Source: Dehalococcoidia bacterium | Lineage (GTDB): Bacteria > Chloroflexota > Dehalococcoidia > Lucifugimonadales > UBA3495 | Direction: 5' to 3' | Assembly (NCBI GenBank): GCA_965242615.1 | Contig: CBDESR010000004.1 | Location: forward strand, 722,124-786,123 | Length of the DNA stretch: 64,000 nt | Shown here: piece by piece, positions 9,770-17,187 of the stretch | How the letters are laid out: each line of letters opens with the position of its first letter | Position numbering within the stretch: the first letter of the stretch is position 1 | The notes under the pieces: generated by a model | What the model was told of the DNA's origin: nothing | The model's database searches: none | Seen by the model: only the letters and a program-made list of their open reading frames with translations | Translations under genes and position numbers: made by a program

Positions 9770-10588
9770 ATGACCACTCCGACTACTATCAACGACATCA
9801 ACGACCTGTTCCGCATCCTGCGGGACAATCCGGAATGGCGCGACCAGCTCCGCAGCGTTCTGCTGACCCAAGAAATCCTGGAGTTGCCGGCGGCCCTGGC
9901 GGCCCTGACCCAGGAAGTCCGGGAATTCATCGCCGAACAACGCGCCATCAACCAGGAGCAGAAGCGCACCAACGACGCCATCTTCGCCCGCCTCGACCGG
10001 ATTGAACAGGACGTAGCCGAAGCCAAAGCCGACATCAAAGACCTGAAGTCCGACATGGTCGAAGCCAAGTCCGACATCAAAGACCTGAAAACCACCGTCG
10101 GCCACCTCGTCGGCACCGTCAACCGAATGGACGGTACCGTCAGCCAGCTCGTCGGCGACTGGGCTGAACGCAAAGTCCACGCCAACATCGACAATATGCT
10201 CCACCAGCGCCAACGCGGCCTACGCAGCCTCGTCATACTGAAAAGCGTCAACCAGCATCTCAACACCGACCTGAGCGACGAACTGGCCGACGCCGCCGAC
10301 GAAGGCTTGATTACCCCGGAGGAAATGGAAGCCCTCCGCTCCATCGACCTCATTACCCGCGCCCGCCTCAAGGACACCGGCGAAACCATCTACCACGCCG
10401 TCGAAGTATCGGTAACCGTCGACAACCACGATGTCCAGCGCGCCATCGCCCGGGCCGACATCCTCAGCCGCGCCACCAAGACTAAAACCATCCCGGTAGT
10501 AGTCGGCGGCTCCATCATCCCCGCCGCCGCCGACTTGGCCCACCAGTCCGGCGCCCTCGCCATTGCCACCAGCCGATTGTCTGCCTAA
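9770..10588 (+). CDS. Coiled-coil protein with C-terminal PD-(D/E)xK-like domain
   Basis: Heptad repeats (EAKADIKDLKSDMV/EAKSDIKDLKTTVG); 'IDL...AVEVSVTVDNHDVQRAIARA'; AGGAG SD before ATG 9770. Confidence 0.65.
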   Translation: MTTPTTINDINDLFRILRDNPEWRDQLRSVLLTQEILELPAALAALTQEVREFIAEQRAINQEQKRTNDAIFARLDRIEQDVAEAKADIKDLKSDMVEAKSDIKDLKTTVGHLVGTVNRMDGTVSQLVGDWAERKVHANIDNMLHQRQRGLRSLVILKSVNQHLNTDLSDELADAADEGLITPEEMEALRSIDLITRARLKDTGETIYHAVEVSVTVDNHDVQRAIARADILSRATKTKTIPVVVGGSIIPAAADLAHQSGALAIATSRLSA

Positions 10589-10626
10589 AAACTTCCCAAC
10601 CCCCCCACCCCTTCCCTACGCCCTTC

Positions 10627-10657
10627 TGTCATTCCGAGGCGATAGCCGAGGAATCTC
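10627..10657 (+). repeat. REP-like repeat TGTCATTCCGAGGCGATAGCCGAGGAATCT, copy 1
   Basis: Identical ~30-bp copy at ~11487-11517; partial inverted copy (AGATTCCTC) at ~14308. Confidence 0.75.
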
Positions 10658-10760
10658 GGCTTCTCGAGATGAGACAAGGTCGTCCCCATCGGCATCCCTG
10701 CTGCCGCCCCAAAACCCTCCATCGCGCCTCGTTATATCCCCCAAAAACTTTTTCGGCGGC

Positions 10761-10794
10761 ACGGCGGGGAAATTTCGCGAAATTTCCCCGCCGT
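10761..10794. repeat. Perfect 34-bp palindrome
   Basis: ACGGCGGGGAAATTTCG|CGAAATTTCCCCGCCGT. Confidence 0.85.
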
Positions 10795-11003
10795 ATTTTT
10801 TTGAACCCCCGCCCCCCATTCTTAATTCCTAATTCTAAATTTTTAATTCTCGACCCCTCCGGCAGCCAACCCCTCCCCTCCCAGATCGGCACCAATCGCA
10901 AAAGAGGGCGGGATTTTTGTCAAGCAAAAATCCCGTCCCTTTTTACCCTTTTATTACCGGCATACCGCTGGCATTAAAAGTCCTTGCCGCCGGAGGTATC
11001 CCA

Positions 11004-11621
11004 ATGAACCGCTACCGATTCCCTATTGCCATCCTGTCCCTGACCGTCTTAACCCTCGCCCTTATCATCACCGCCAGTCCCGCCCCTGATGCCCAAGCCG
11101 CCCCCCGCTCCATCCCTTGGGAATGCGCCAACTGGCAAGCTTCCCCCGCCGTTGCCGACGCTGACGATGCCCACGTCTCCGCCATCCTCGAATCCCTCGC
11201 CGCCAACCGCGGCAAAGCCATCTACTGCGCCATCGACCAGTCCGACACCTTCACCAAAGCCGAAACCTGGGCTGCCGGCCGCGACCGCAACGAACGCGAC
11301 GACACCGTCTACTTCGGCGAAAGCGGCAACTTCCGCGGCTTTCTCGCCGCCCAGGAGGTCTACCTGACCGATGGCGAATCCGGCGTTACCGGCATCAGCC
11401 GCGAACTCATTTTTGAGTTTCCCCGGGAGCAGCGCCGCGGCAAGAAAACCATAACCAAGCGCATGGCCGTCCCCGCCCTTCCCCCATGTCATTCCGAGGC
11501 GATAGCCGAGGAATCTAAAATGCCTGCCCTACAACACCGTACAACCCAACCAACCATCCCCGATCCAAAAGTTTTGAGGGGGTGCGGGGGAACTTTTACA
11601 CAGGTAAGTATCCCTTTATAG
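11004..11621 (+). CDS. Secreted hypothetical protein, C-terminus probably disrupted by repeat/IS insertions
   Basis: GGAGG SD, signal peptide MNRYRFPIAILSL...AQA; frame runs through the REP copy and the palindrome and stops at the IS junction. Confidence 0.55.
   Translation: MNRYRFPIAILSLTVLTLALIITASPAPDAQAAPRSIPWECANWQASPAVADADDAHVSAILESLAANRGKAIYCAIDQSDTFTKAETWAAGRDRNERDDTVYFGESGNFRGFLAAQEVYLTDGESGVTGISRELIFEFPREQRRGKKTITKRMAVPALPPCHSEAIAEESKMPALQHRTTQPTIPDPKVLRGCGGTFTQVSIPL
11487..11517 (+). repeat. REP-like repeat, copy 2
   Basis: Same sequence as 10627-10657. Confidence 0.75.
11566..11597. repeat. Left arm of a 66-bp palindrome split by the IS1595 element
   Basis: CAAAAGTTTTGAGGGGGTGCGGGGGAACTTTT is the exact reverse complement of 14229-14260. 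Confidence 0.9.
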
Positions 11622-12455
11622 GTATTCTCAACACGTGTTGGCATGGGTTAAAACAAGGGAAAATCCCTTTGACAGAGGAGCGGAATTATGTCCCAACGGG
11701 CTTATCGCCACGACTTGCGCTGCCCCCATTGCGGTTCCAACTGGATGCCCAAATACGGCACTTCCCGGGGGAAACAGACCTATCGCTGTGGCCACTGCAA
11801 GCATCGTCATACCCCGGAGGGCAACCGCCACTACTATTCGGAGCAGGTCAAGAGCCAAGCCGTGCGGATGTATCTGGAGGGCAGCAGCATCTCGGCCATC
11901 GGTCGGGTATTGGGGGTGCGGCTGGAAACGGTCTATTCCTGGATTCAAAAAAAGCCGTGGCGGCAGGGGAGACCTTGAACCTGGCGCGGGAGCAGAAAGC
12001 GGCCTTGCGGCCGGCCGGGGTTAAGGCCGTAGTCATTTCCCTGGACGAGGCGTGGACTTACCTGGGCTGCCGCAAGGGGGAGCAGCGGCAATCCCTGTGG
12101 ATTTGGACGGCGGTGGTGGTGGAAAGCGACGGGCGGTGGTGGCGGGATTTTGAGGTGGGGGGACGGGATACGGAGACTTTTCTGCGGTTGCTGGCGCGAT
12201 TGCCGGAGGCGGCCAAATACAGCACGGACCGCTACGAAGTGTATAACTGGCTGCCGCCGGACCGCCATGTGGCGCGCAAGGGACGGGAAGCCAATCGGAA
12301 CGAAGGGCTGCATTCGGTCTTGCGGGGGAAGCTGAACCGGTTGGTGCGGCGGACTAAGGGATACACCAAACAAGCGGAAATGCGGTTGGTTCCCTGGCTA
12401 TGCTGTGGCTCCAGCAAGGCTGGATTTAGCCACGCCAACACGTGTTGAGAATACC
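11621..12455 (+). mobile_element. IS1-family insertion sequence (835 bp) inside the IS1595 left TIR
   Basis: Perfect 22-bp TIR GGTATTCTCAACACGTGTTGGC; 8-bp TSD CCTTTATA (11613-11620 / 12456-12463). Confidence 0.93.
11688..12448 (+). CDS. IS1-family transposase InsA-InsB, fused by -1 programmed frameshift; 3' end probably frameshifted
   Basis: InsA CPHC...CGHC zinc ribbon + HTH (11688-11978); A7G slippery site 11947-11954; InsB DEAWTYLG...TDRYEVY...NRNEGLHSVLRGKLNRLVRRTKGY. Confidence 0.9.
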
Positions 12456-12470
12456 CCTTTATAACAAGTA

Positions 12471-12499
12471 TTGACAACAAGCAGCGTTTATGGTATAAT
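12471..12499 (+). promoter_or_regulatory. Consensus sigma70 promoter of the IS1595 transposase (leaderless)
   Basis: TTGACA-17 nt-TATAAT with extended TG; ATG 6 nt downstream. Confidence 0.8.
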
Positions 12500-12505
12500 A
12501 CGAGT

Positions 12506-13420
12506 ATGGAAAGATACACTATCAAACACTTCAACGAACAATTCCCCAATGACGATACCTGTCTGGATTTCATCAAGTCCGCTCGCTGGCCTGACGGCAT
12601 TCGTTGCGTGAAATGCGACCGTATTACCCCTCATTTTCGCGTTTCCAACCGCAAGTCCTACGCCTGTCAGTTCTGCGGGAGCCAAGTCTATCCCACTGCT
12701 GATACCATCTTTCACAAGTCCTCTAATCCTCTCCGCTCCTGGTTCTACGCTATGTTCCTGATGGCTTCCACCAGAACCGGAGTATCTGCCAAGCAACTGG
12801 AGCGCGAGATTGGCGTTACCTACAAAACTGCTTGGCGTATGTTCAACCAAATCCGTAAGATTATGTCCCAAGACCCCGACCTCTTCCTCTTTGGCCCCGT
12901 GGAAATCGATGAAACTTACATCGGCGGCAAAGAAATTAACAAGCACTTCAACAAACGCCTCAACGCCGGACGCGGCGTAGCGGGTAAGACCCCTGCCTTC
13001 GGTATGGTGGAGCGGGGTGGTAAGGTCGTTGTCAAAGTTACACCTAACACTAAATCCGAAACCCTGATTCCTATCATTCAAGAACGCATCCCCTTAAACG
13101 AAACTGCTACCATATATACCGATGAGTTCCCCAGTTACAATCAGTTATCCAGCCTGGGATACGCCCACGAGACAGTGAAACACCGGGCAAAGGAACATGT
13201 TGCTGGAAATGCCCACACTAACAACATCGAAGGCATCTGGAGCAATACCAAACGAGGTATTGACGGCACTCACCACGCCATCAGCCCCAAACACCTGCAA
13301 GGCTATTTGGACGCCTACGTCTTCCGCTACAACCACCGCCACGACACAACCCCTATGTTCGTCCAGTTGTTGAACCAGGCGGTTTCCGCTCTGCCTTCGC
13401 CGGCTGAGATGCCAGCGTGA
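12506..13420 (+). CDS. IS1595-family (ISXO2-like) DDE transposase
   Basis: RWPDG-CxxC...CxxC zinc ribbon, TIFHKS, YKTAWRM, VEIDETYIGG, IYTDE, HTNNIEGIW, YLDAYVFRYN. Confidence 0.96.
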   Translation: MERYTIKHFNEQFPNDDTCLDFIKSARWPDGIRCVKCDRITPHFRVSNRKSYACQFCGSQVYPTADTIFHKSSNPLRSWFYAMFLMASTRTGVSAKQLEREIGVTYKTAWRMFNQIRKIMSQDPDLFLFGPVEIDETYIGGKEINKHFNKRLNAGRGVAGKTPAFGMVERGGKVVVKVTPNTKSETLIPIIQERIPLNETATIYTDEFPSYNQLSSLGYAHETVKHRAKEHVAGNAHTNNIEGIWSNTKRGIDGTHHAISPKHLQGYLDAYVFRYNHRHDTTPMFVQLLNQAVSALPSPAEMPA

Positions 13421-13493
13421 GCAGTCGCTCAAACCGCTCCTTGGTCAGCACTGGATTTTTTTGATTTTTGGCATTTTGCTTGCGATTCGCCAT
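13353..13493 (-). CDS. Small basic 46-aa ORF antisense to the transposase 3' end
   Basis: AGGAGG SD then MANRKQNAKNQKNPVLTKERFERLLTLASQPAKAERKPPGSTTGRT*; too short for the ORF track. Confidence 0.55.
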   Translation of the reverse strand: MANRKQNAKNQKNPVLTKERFERLLTLASQPAKAERKPPGSTTGRT

Positions 13494-13538
13494 TTTGCCT
13501 CCTATATATTGGAGGGTATTACCTTGGCATTGACCGAC

Positions 13539-13636
13539 GGAGGAGTGTCTGAGCGGTTTAAGGTGCTTGATTAGGAATCAAGTAGGGAAGGTGCTAGTAC
13601 CACCAACCCTCGCGGGTTCGAATCCCGTCTCCTCCG
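13539..13636 (+). tRNA. Non-canonical tRNA: tRNA-Ser-type body with AGG (Pro) anticodon and extra-long variable arm
   Basis: Acceptor GGAGGAG/CTCCTCC, discriminator G; D arm TCTGAGCGGTTTAAGGT; anticodon arm CTTGA-TTAGGAA-TCAAG; 29-nt variable region; T arm GCGGG-TTCGAAT-CCCGT; followed by CCG, so CCA is not encoded. Confidence 0.88.
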
Positions 13637-13667
13637 CCGAGCAATGCCAAGGTAATCCGGTAAGGGA

Positions 13668-13976
13668 CTAATAAGCCCCCTCTGTTCGGAAACTGATATA
13701 CTCAGTTCCGTCCTCGTTATAAGCCGCAAACCTTATCCAAACACTCCGACCGTCCTCCAACCTCGCCCTTCCCCGGCAGTTAATACGGTCGTCAGTTTTC
13801 GTGACCTCCTCGATGTCCAAGACATCGACAATCGGAGACCCGCCGGTCAGAAACACGTTGTCCTCGGACAAGTCCTTGACCCCGTGTTTCGCAGTCTCGC
13901 ACGACGGCAGACCGCAAGCCCCCAGAGCTATCACGCTCAAGATACCCAAGACAGCCAAAGTGACAATAGCCTTCAC
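13668..13976 (-). CDS. Small lipoprotein, IS passenger gene
   Basis: GTG start after AGGGGG; MKAIVTLAVLGILSVIALGAC lipobox; two more Cys (PSC...NCRG). Confidence 0.65.
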   Translation of the reverse strand: MKAIVTLAVLGILSVIALGACGLPSCETAKHGVKDLSEDNVFLTGGSPIVDVLDIEEVTKTDDRINCRGRARLEDGRSVWIRFAAYNEDGTEYISFRTEGAY

Positions 13977-14228
13977 AAGAACCCCCTTGCAGCGTTTGGG
14001 ATGTAGGCACTCGTCACAGCGACCGACACGGCCAAAGCGTAAGTCCACAAGGGGGCGCAGTGCGCCCATATCCCTGCGCTGAAACGACTTACGCTTTTCC
14101 CGCTCCGAACCGCTGACGGCCCGGGTCGCTGTGACAATCTAATCATATATCACAATATCCCTCATTTGACAAGTCCCTTATTGCCGTCATTCGGTTACTA
14201 CTTGTTATAAAGGAATACTCACCTTTAC

Positions 14229-14260
14229 AAAAGTTCCCCCGCACCCCCTCAAAACTTTTG
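14229..14260. repeat. Right arm of the split 66-bp palindrome
   Basis: AAAAGTTCCCCCGCACCCCCTCAAAACTTTTG. Confidence 0.9.
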
Positions 14261-14394
14261 AGTTTGGGGAGATTGGGGGATTGCAGAGGGCTGGTGATGG
14301 AGGGTCGAGATTCCTCAGTCGATAGCACTGAGCCGGCCGGGTTCTGGTTTTGCCCGGAGGTTGGGGTTGGTATGAACCCGGCCGGGGGAGGGGG

Positions 14395-14799
14395 TTAACG
14401 GTTGCTGGGTTGGCGAAAGACCTCGATGGCGTAGGCGGCGAGGAGGACCAGGGCGGCCGGCACCAGGAGGTACCACGCCCAGACGCTGGCGTCCTGCCAA
14501 CTGTTGACCAGTTTAACGAGGTAGTTGTGGAGGTACTGCATGGTCACCACCCCGAATGCCATCGTCATCAAGTTGCCGGCCCAGGTGCCGGGGGCGCGGA
14601 GGGCGTCGGCGGCCCGGGTCAGGGTTATGGCGGCGAGGACAATTACGACCAAGGGGTCGATGATGTCCCAGATGACTTGGCCGGCGCCGCCGGTTTCCGG
14701 GGCGGCGGACAGGGTAGCGATGAAAAAGTAGTTGTTCAGCAGAACCGCCAAGCCGATAATCAGCCCGGCGATAGCCAATACTTTGCGAAAAGTCGCCAT
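14395..14799 (-). CDS. Hypothetical 4-TM membrane protein
   Basis: GAGG SD before MATFRKV; four hydrophobic segments. Confidence 0.65.
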   Translation of the reverse strand: MATFRKVLAIAGLIIGLAVLLNNYFFIATLSAAPETGGAGQVIWDIIDPLVVIVLAAITLTRAADALRAPGTWAGNLMTMAFGVVTMQYLHNYLVKLVNSWQDASVWAWYLLVPAALVLLAAYAIEVFRQPSNR

Positions 14800-15080
14800 A
14801 AATCTAACCTCTCTTTGCTGATCGGGACGGTGTATCCGGTTAAGGGGAGCGTCAACAGGCAAGGTAGCATTGTCAAGGCGGCGCTGTCAAGGATTGACCG
14901 CCCCGCCCTGGGTCGATTATACTGGATGGCGGCAATTTTCCGGGGTGGTTGCCAACGGCTATAATCGGGTAGTAAGGTATAGAGGGCGGGCCGGCGGCGG
15001 CTTTGGGGAAAGGGCCGGCGGCGGTCAGCCCAACATTCCCGCAGCAGGGCAACATTTACGATTCAGGAGAGAAGGGTTCA

Positions 15081-15488
15081 ATGTCAATCATCGGCAAAGT
15101 AATGGCTCCGCTTTTCGCAGTCGGGGCGGTTATCGGCATCGCAGCCGGGGTTATCCTTTGGTCGCCCCCGGAACCCGTTGCGGCCGCCGGGGTAGTGCAG
15201 CAGGCGCAGCCGGCCAGCACCCCGGTAGCGGAGGGCATCCGGCCCCTGGGCAACAAGTTCGTCCGCGCCTTCCACTTCGACAACACCAGTAAAAGCTGGC
15301 TCTGGTACGATCCCGAGGTGCCGAGCCTGAGCACCCTCGAAAATTTCGTGACCGGACGGCCGTATTATATTCTGGTCAACGCGGATGCTACCTTGGCCAC
15401 TCCTTCCAAACCGGCGTCCGACCCGCACAAACTTACCTGTAAGGGCAGCGGCGCCAACCGCAACTGCTGGAACAACATCGGTTGGTAG
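15081..15488 (+). CDS. Small secreted protein made of the 'RAFHFDN...NCWN..W' domain
   Basis: N-terminal hydrophobic segment; C-terminal ~80 aa homologous to the end of 3297..5738. Confidence 0.7.
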   Translation: MSIIGKVMAPLFAVGAVIGIAAGVILWSPPEPVAAAGVVQQAQPASTPVAEGIRPLGNKFVRAFHFDNTSKSWLWYDPEVPSLSTLENFVTGRPYYILVNADATLATPSKPASDPHKLTCKGSGANRNCWNNIGW

Positions 15489-15494
15489 GGCATA

Positions 15495-16118
15495 GTGGCG
15501 GCTGATTTGCAGGGAACCGGGCCGGCGCTGGCGGATGCCGTATTTCCGGCAGTGAAAATTAACCGCCGGCTGCTGCGGGACGCCTTGCTGATTATCGGGG
15601 GGTGTCTCTTTACGGCGGTGCTGGCGCAGGTCAAGATTCAGTTGGGCTTTACGCCGGTGCCGATTACCGGGCAGACTTTGGCGGTGTTGCTGGTGGGGGC
15701 GGCCTTGGGCAGTTGGCGCGGCGGGGCGGCATTGCTGCTGTATCTGATGGCCGGCACCTGGCTGCCTTTTTACGCCGGCGGGGCGTCCGGGTTTGTGGGG
15801 AGCATTGCGTCCGGGGGCTACATTGTGGGGTTTGTGCCGGCGGCTTTTGTAGTGGGCTGGCTGTGCGAGCGGGGCTGGGATCGCAAGCCGTGGGTTTTGC
15901 TGGCGATGCTGGCGGGGAATGTCATTCTGTATGTCCCGGGGCTGCTGTGGCTTTCCACTTTCGCCCCGGCCGAAAGCCGTTGGGCTACTACCCTGGAGTG
16001 GGGACTGTTCCCATTTATTATCGGTGATTTGCTGAAACTAGGTCTGGCCGCCCTCCTGCTGCCCGGTAGTTGGGCTTTGGTCAATCTGGTTAAAGGGCGA
16101 CAAGGGCGAGGGCGATAG
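15495..16118 (+). CDS. bioY: Biotin ECF transporter S component BioY
   Basis: FTPVPITGQTLAVLLVGAALG...GYIVGF...PFIIGDLLK. Confidence 0.93.
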   Translation: MAADLQGTGPALADAVFPAVKINRRLLRDALLIIGGCLFTAVLAQVKIQLGFTPVPITGQTLAVLLVGAALGSWRGGAALLLYLMAGTWLPFYAGGASGFVGSIASGGYIVGFVPAAFVVGWLCERGWDRKPWVLLAMLAGNVILYVPGLLWLSTFAPAESRWATTLEWGLFPFIIGDLLKLGLAALLLPGSWALVNLVKGRQGRGR

Positions 16119-16120
16119 TT

Positions 16121-16765
16121 ATGGAGATTACTTGGCAGGGTCATGCCTGCTTTCGGCTGCGGTCGGATGATTTGGTGGTGGTGACGGATCCTTATCCGGC
16201 GGCGTTGGGGCTGCGGCCGGAGAGTCGGCCGGCGGCGGTGGTGACGGTCAGCAATTCCCATCCCAATCACAGCAATGCGGCGGAGGTGGGCGGGTCGCCG
16301 AAGGTTTTTGACAGTCCGGGGGAGTATGAGTATTCGGGGATTGCGGCCCGGGGGGTGATGACTTCGCTGCCGGAGGGGACGCCGCGGGAGCAGCGGAATG
16401 TGGCGTATTCCATTGTGATGGACAATGTGAATGTGTGCCATTTGGGGGATATTACTATGCCGTTGACGACGCGGCAGGCGGAGGAGTTGCAGCCGGTGGA
16501 TGTGCTGCTGGCGCCGGCGGGCGGGGGCTGTACGCTGGATTTGGAGCGGATTTTGCAGCTGATGCAGGATTTGGACCCCAAAATAGTCATTCCGATGCAC
16601 TATCAAATCCCTAATGCCAAGGAGCCGCTGGGCAGTTTGGAGGCTTTTTTGCGGTTGATGGGGGTGAGCGAGGCGCAGCCGCGGCGGAGTTTGACGGTGA
16701 CTACGGGGAGTTTGCCGGCGAATATGCAGGTGACGGTGATGGAGCCGCGGGGGCGGGGGGTGTAA
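16121..16765 (+). CDS. MBL-fold metallo-hydrolase (Lactamase_B_3-like)
   Basis: MEITWQGHACF, TDPY, SHPNHS, HLGD, IVIPMHY. Confidence 0.88.
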   Translation: MEITWQGHACFRLRSDDLVVVTDPYPAALGLRPESRPAAVVTVSNSHPNHSNAAEVGGSPKVFDSPGEYEYSGIAARGVMTSLPEGTPREQRNVAYSIVMDNVNVCHLGDITMPLTTRQAEELQPVDVLLAPAGGGCTLDLERILQLMQDLDPKIVIPMHYQIPNAKEPLGSLEAFLRLMGVSEAQPRRSLTVTTGSLPANMQVTVMEPRGRGV

Positions 16766-16817
16766 CGGGGGGGATTCCGGCAGGGAACTCCCCAGCTGCA
16801 TTGGCATTATGGTTGAA

Positions 16818-17108
16818 ATGGGGGATGCTTTTAGCCCAGATTATGCGGCGGCGCCGGGGGCGGTACTGCGGGAGTATTTGGAGGTTCGGGGTATATCGGA
16901 TGCCGAGTTTGCCGGGCTTTGCGGCCAGCCGCTGGATGTGGTGCAGGGAATCTTGGCCGGAGAAACCCCGGTTGACCCGGACACCGCCCAACAGTTTGAG
17001 CGGCTATTGGGCTTGGCGGCGTATGTTTGGCTGGGGATTGAGGCGGATTATCGGGGGCATTTGGCGCGGGAAAAGGCGCGGCCGGGGCGGGAAGTGACGG
17101 CGGGTTAG
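16818..17108 (+). CDS. HigA-like HTH antitoxin (orphan)
   Basis: PDYAAAPGAVLREYLEVRGIS..EFA...PDTAQQFERLLG...WLGIEADY. Confidence 0.7.
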   Translation: MGDAFSPDYAAAPGAVLREYLEVRGISDAEFAGLCGQPLDVVQGILAGETPVDPDTAQQFERLLGLAAYVWLGIEADYRGHLAREKARPGREVTAG

Positions 17109-17187
17109 GAGCCGGCTAGTCCCTTGCCGCCGGTATTCCCATCTGGTATATTGAGGGCAACCTGAGGAGCGGCAAAAGGGAGTTGCG

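Larger units (their letters stand above)
11603..14223 (+). mobile_element. IS1595-family transporter element with passenger tRNA and lipoprotein
   Basis: With IS1 removed, left end GGTAAGTATCCCTTTATAACAAGTA matches the reverse complement of the right end (GGTGAGTATTCCTTTATAACAAGTA) at 23/25; flanks TTTACACA/TTTACAAA (7/8 TSD); transposase inside. Confidence 0.9.

Noticed and set aside
13567-13583. Reading the tRNA as an ordinary tRNA-Ser(GGA)
   Set aside because: GGA is present but one base out of register; the perfect CTTGA/TCAAG stem puts AGG at positions 34-36 after U33.
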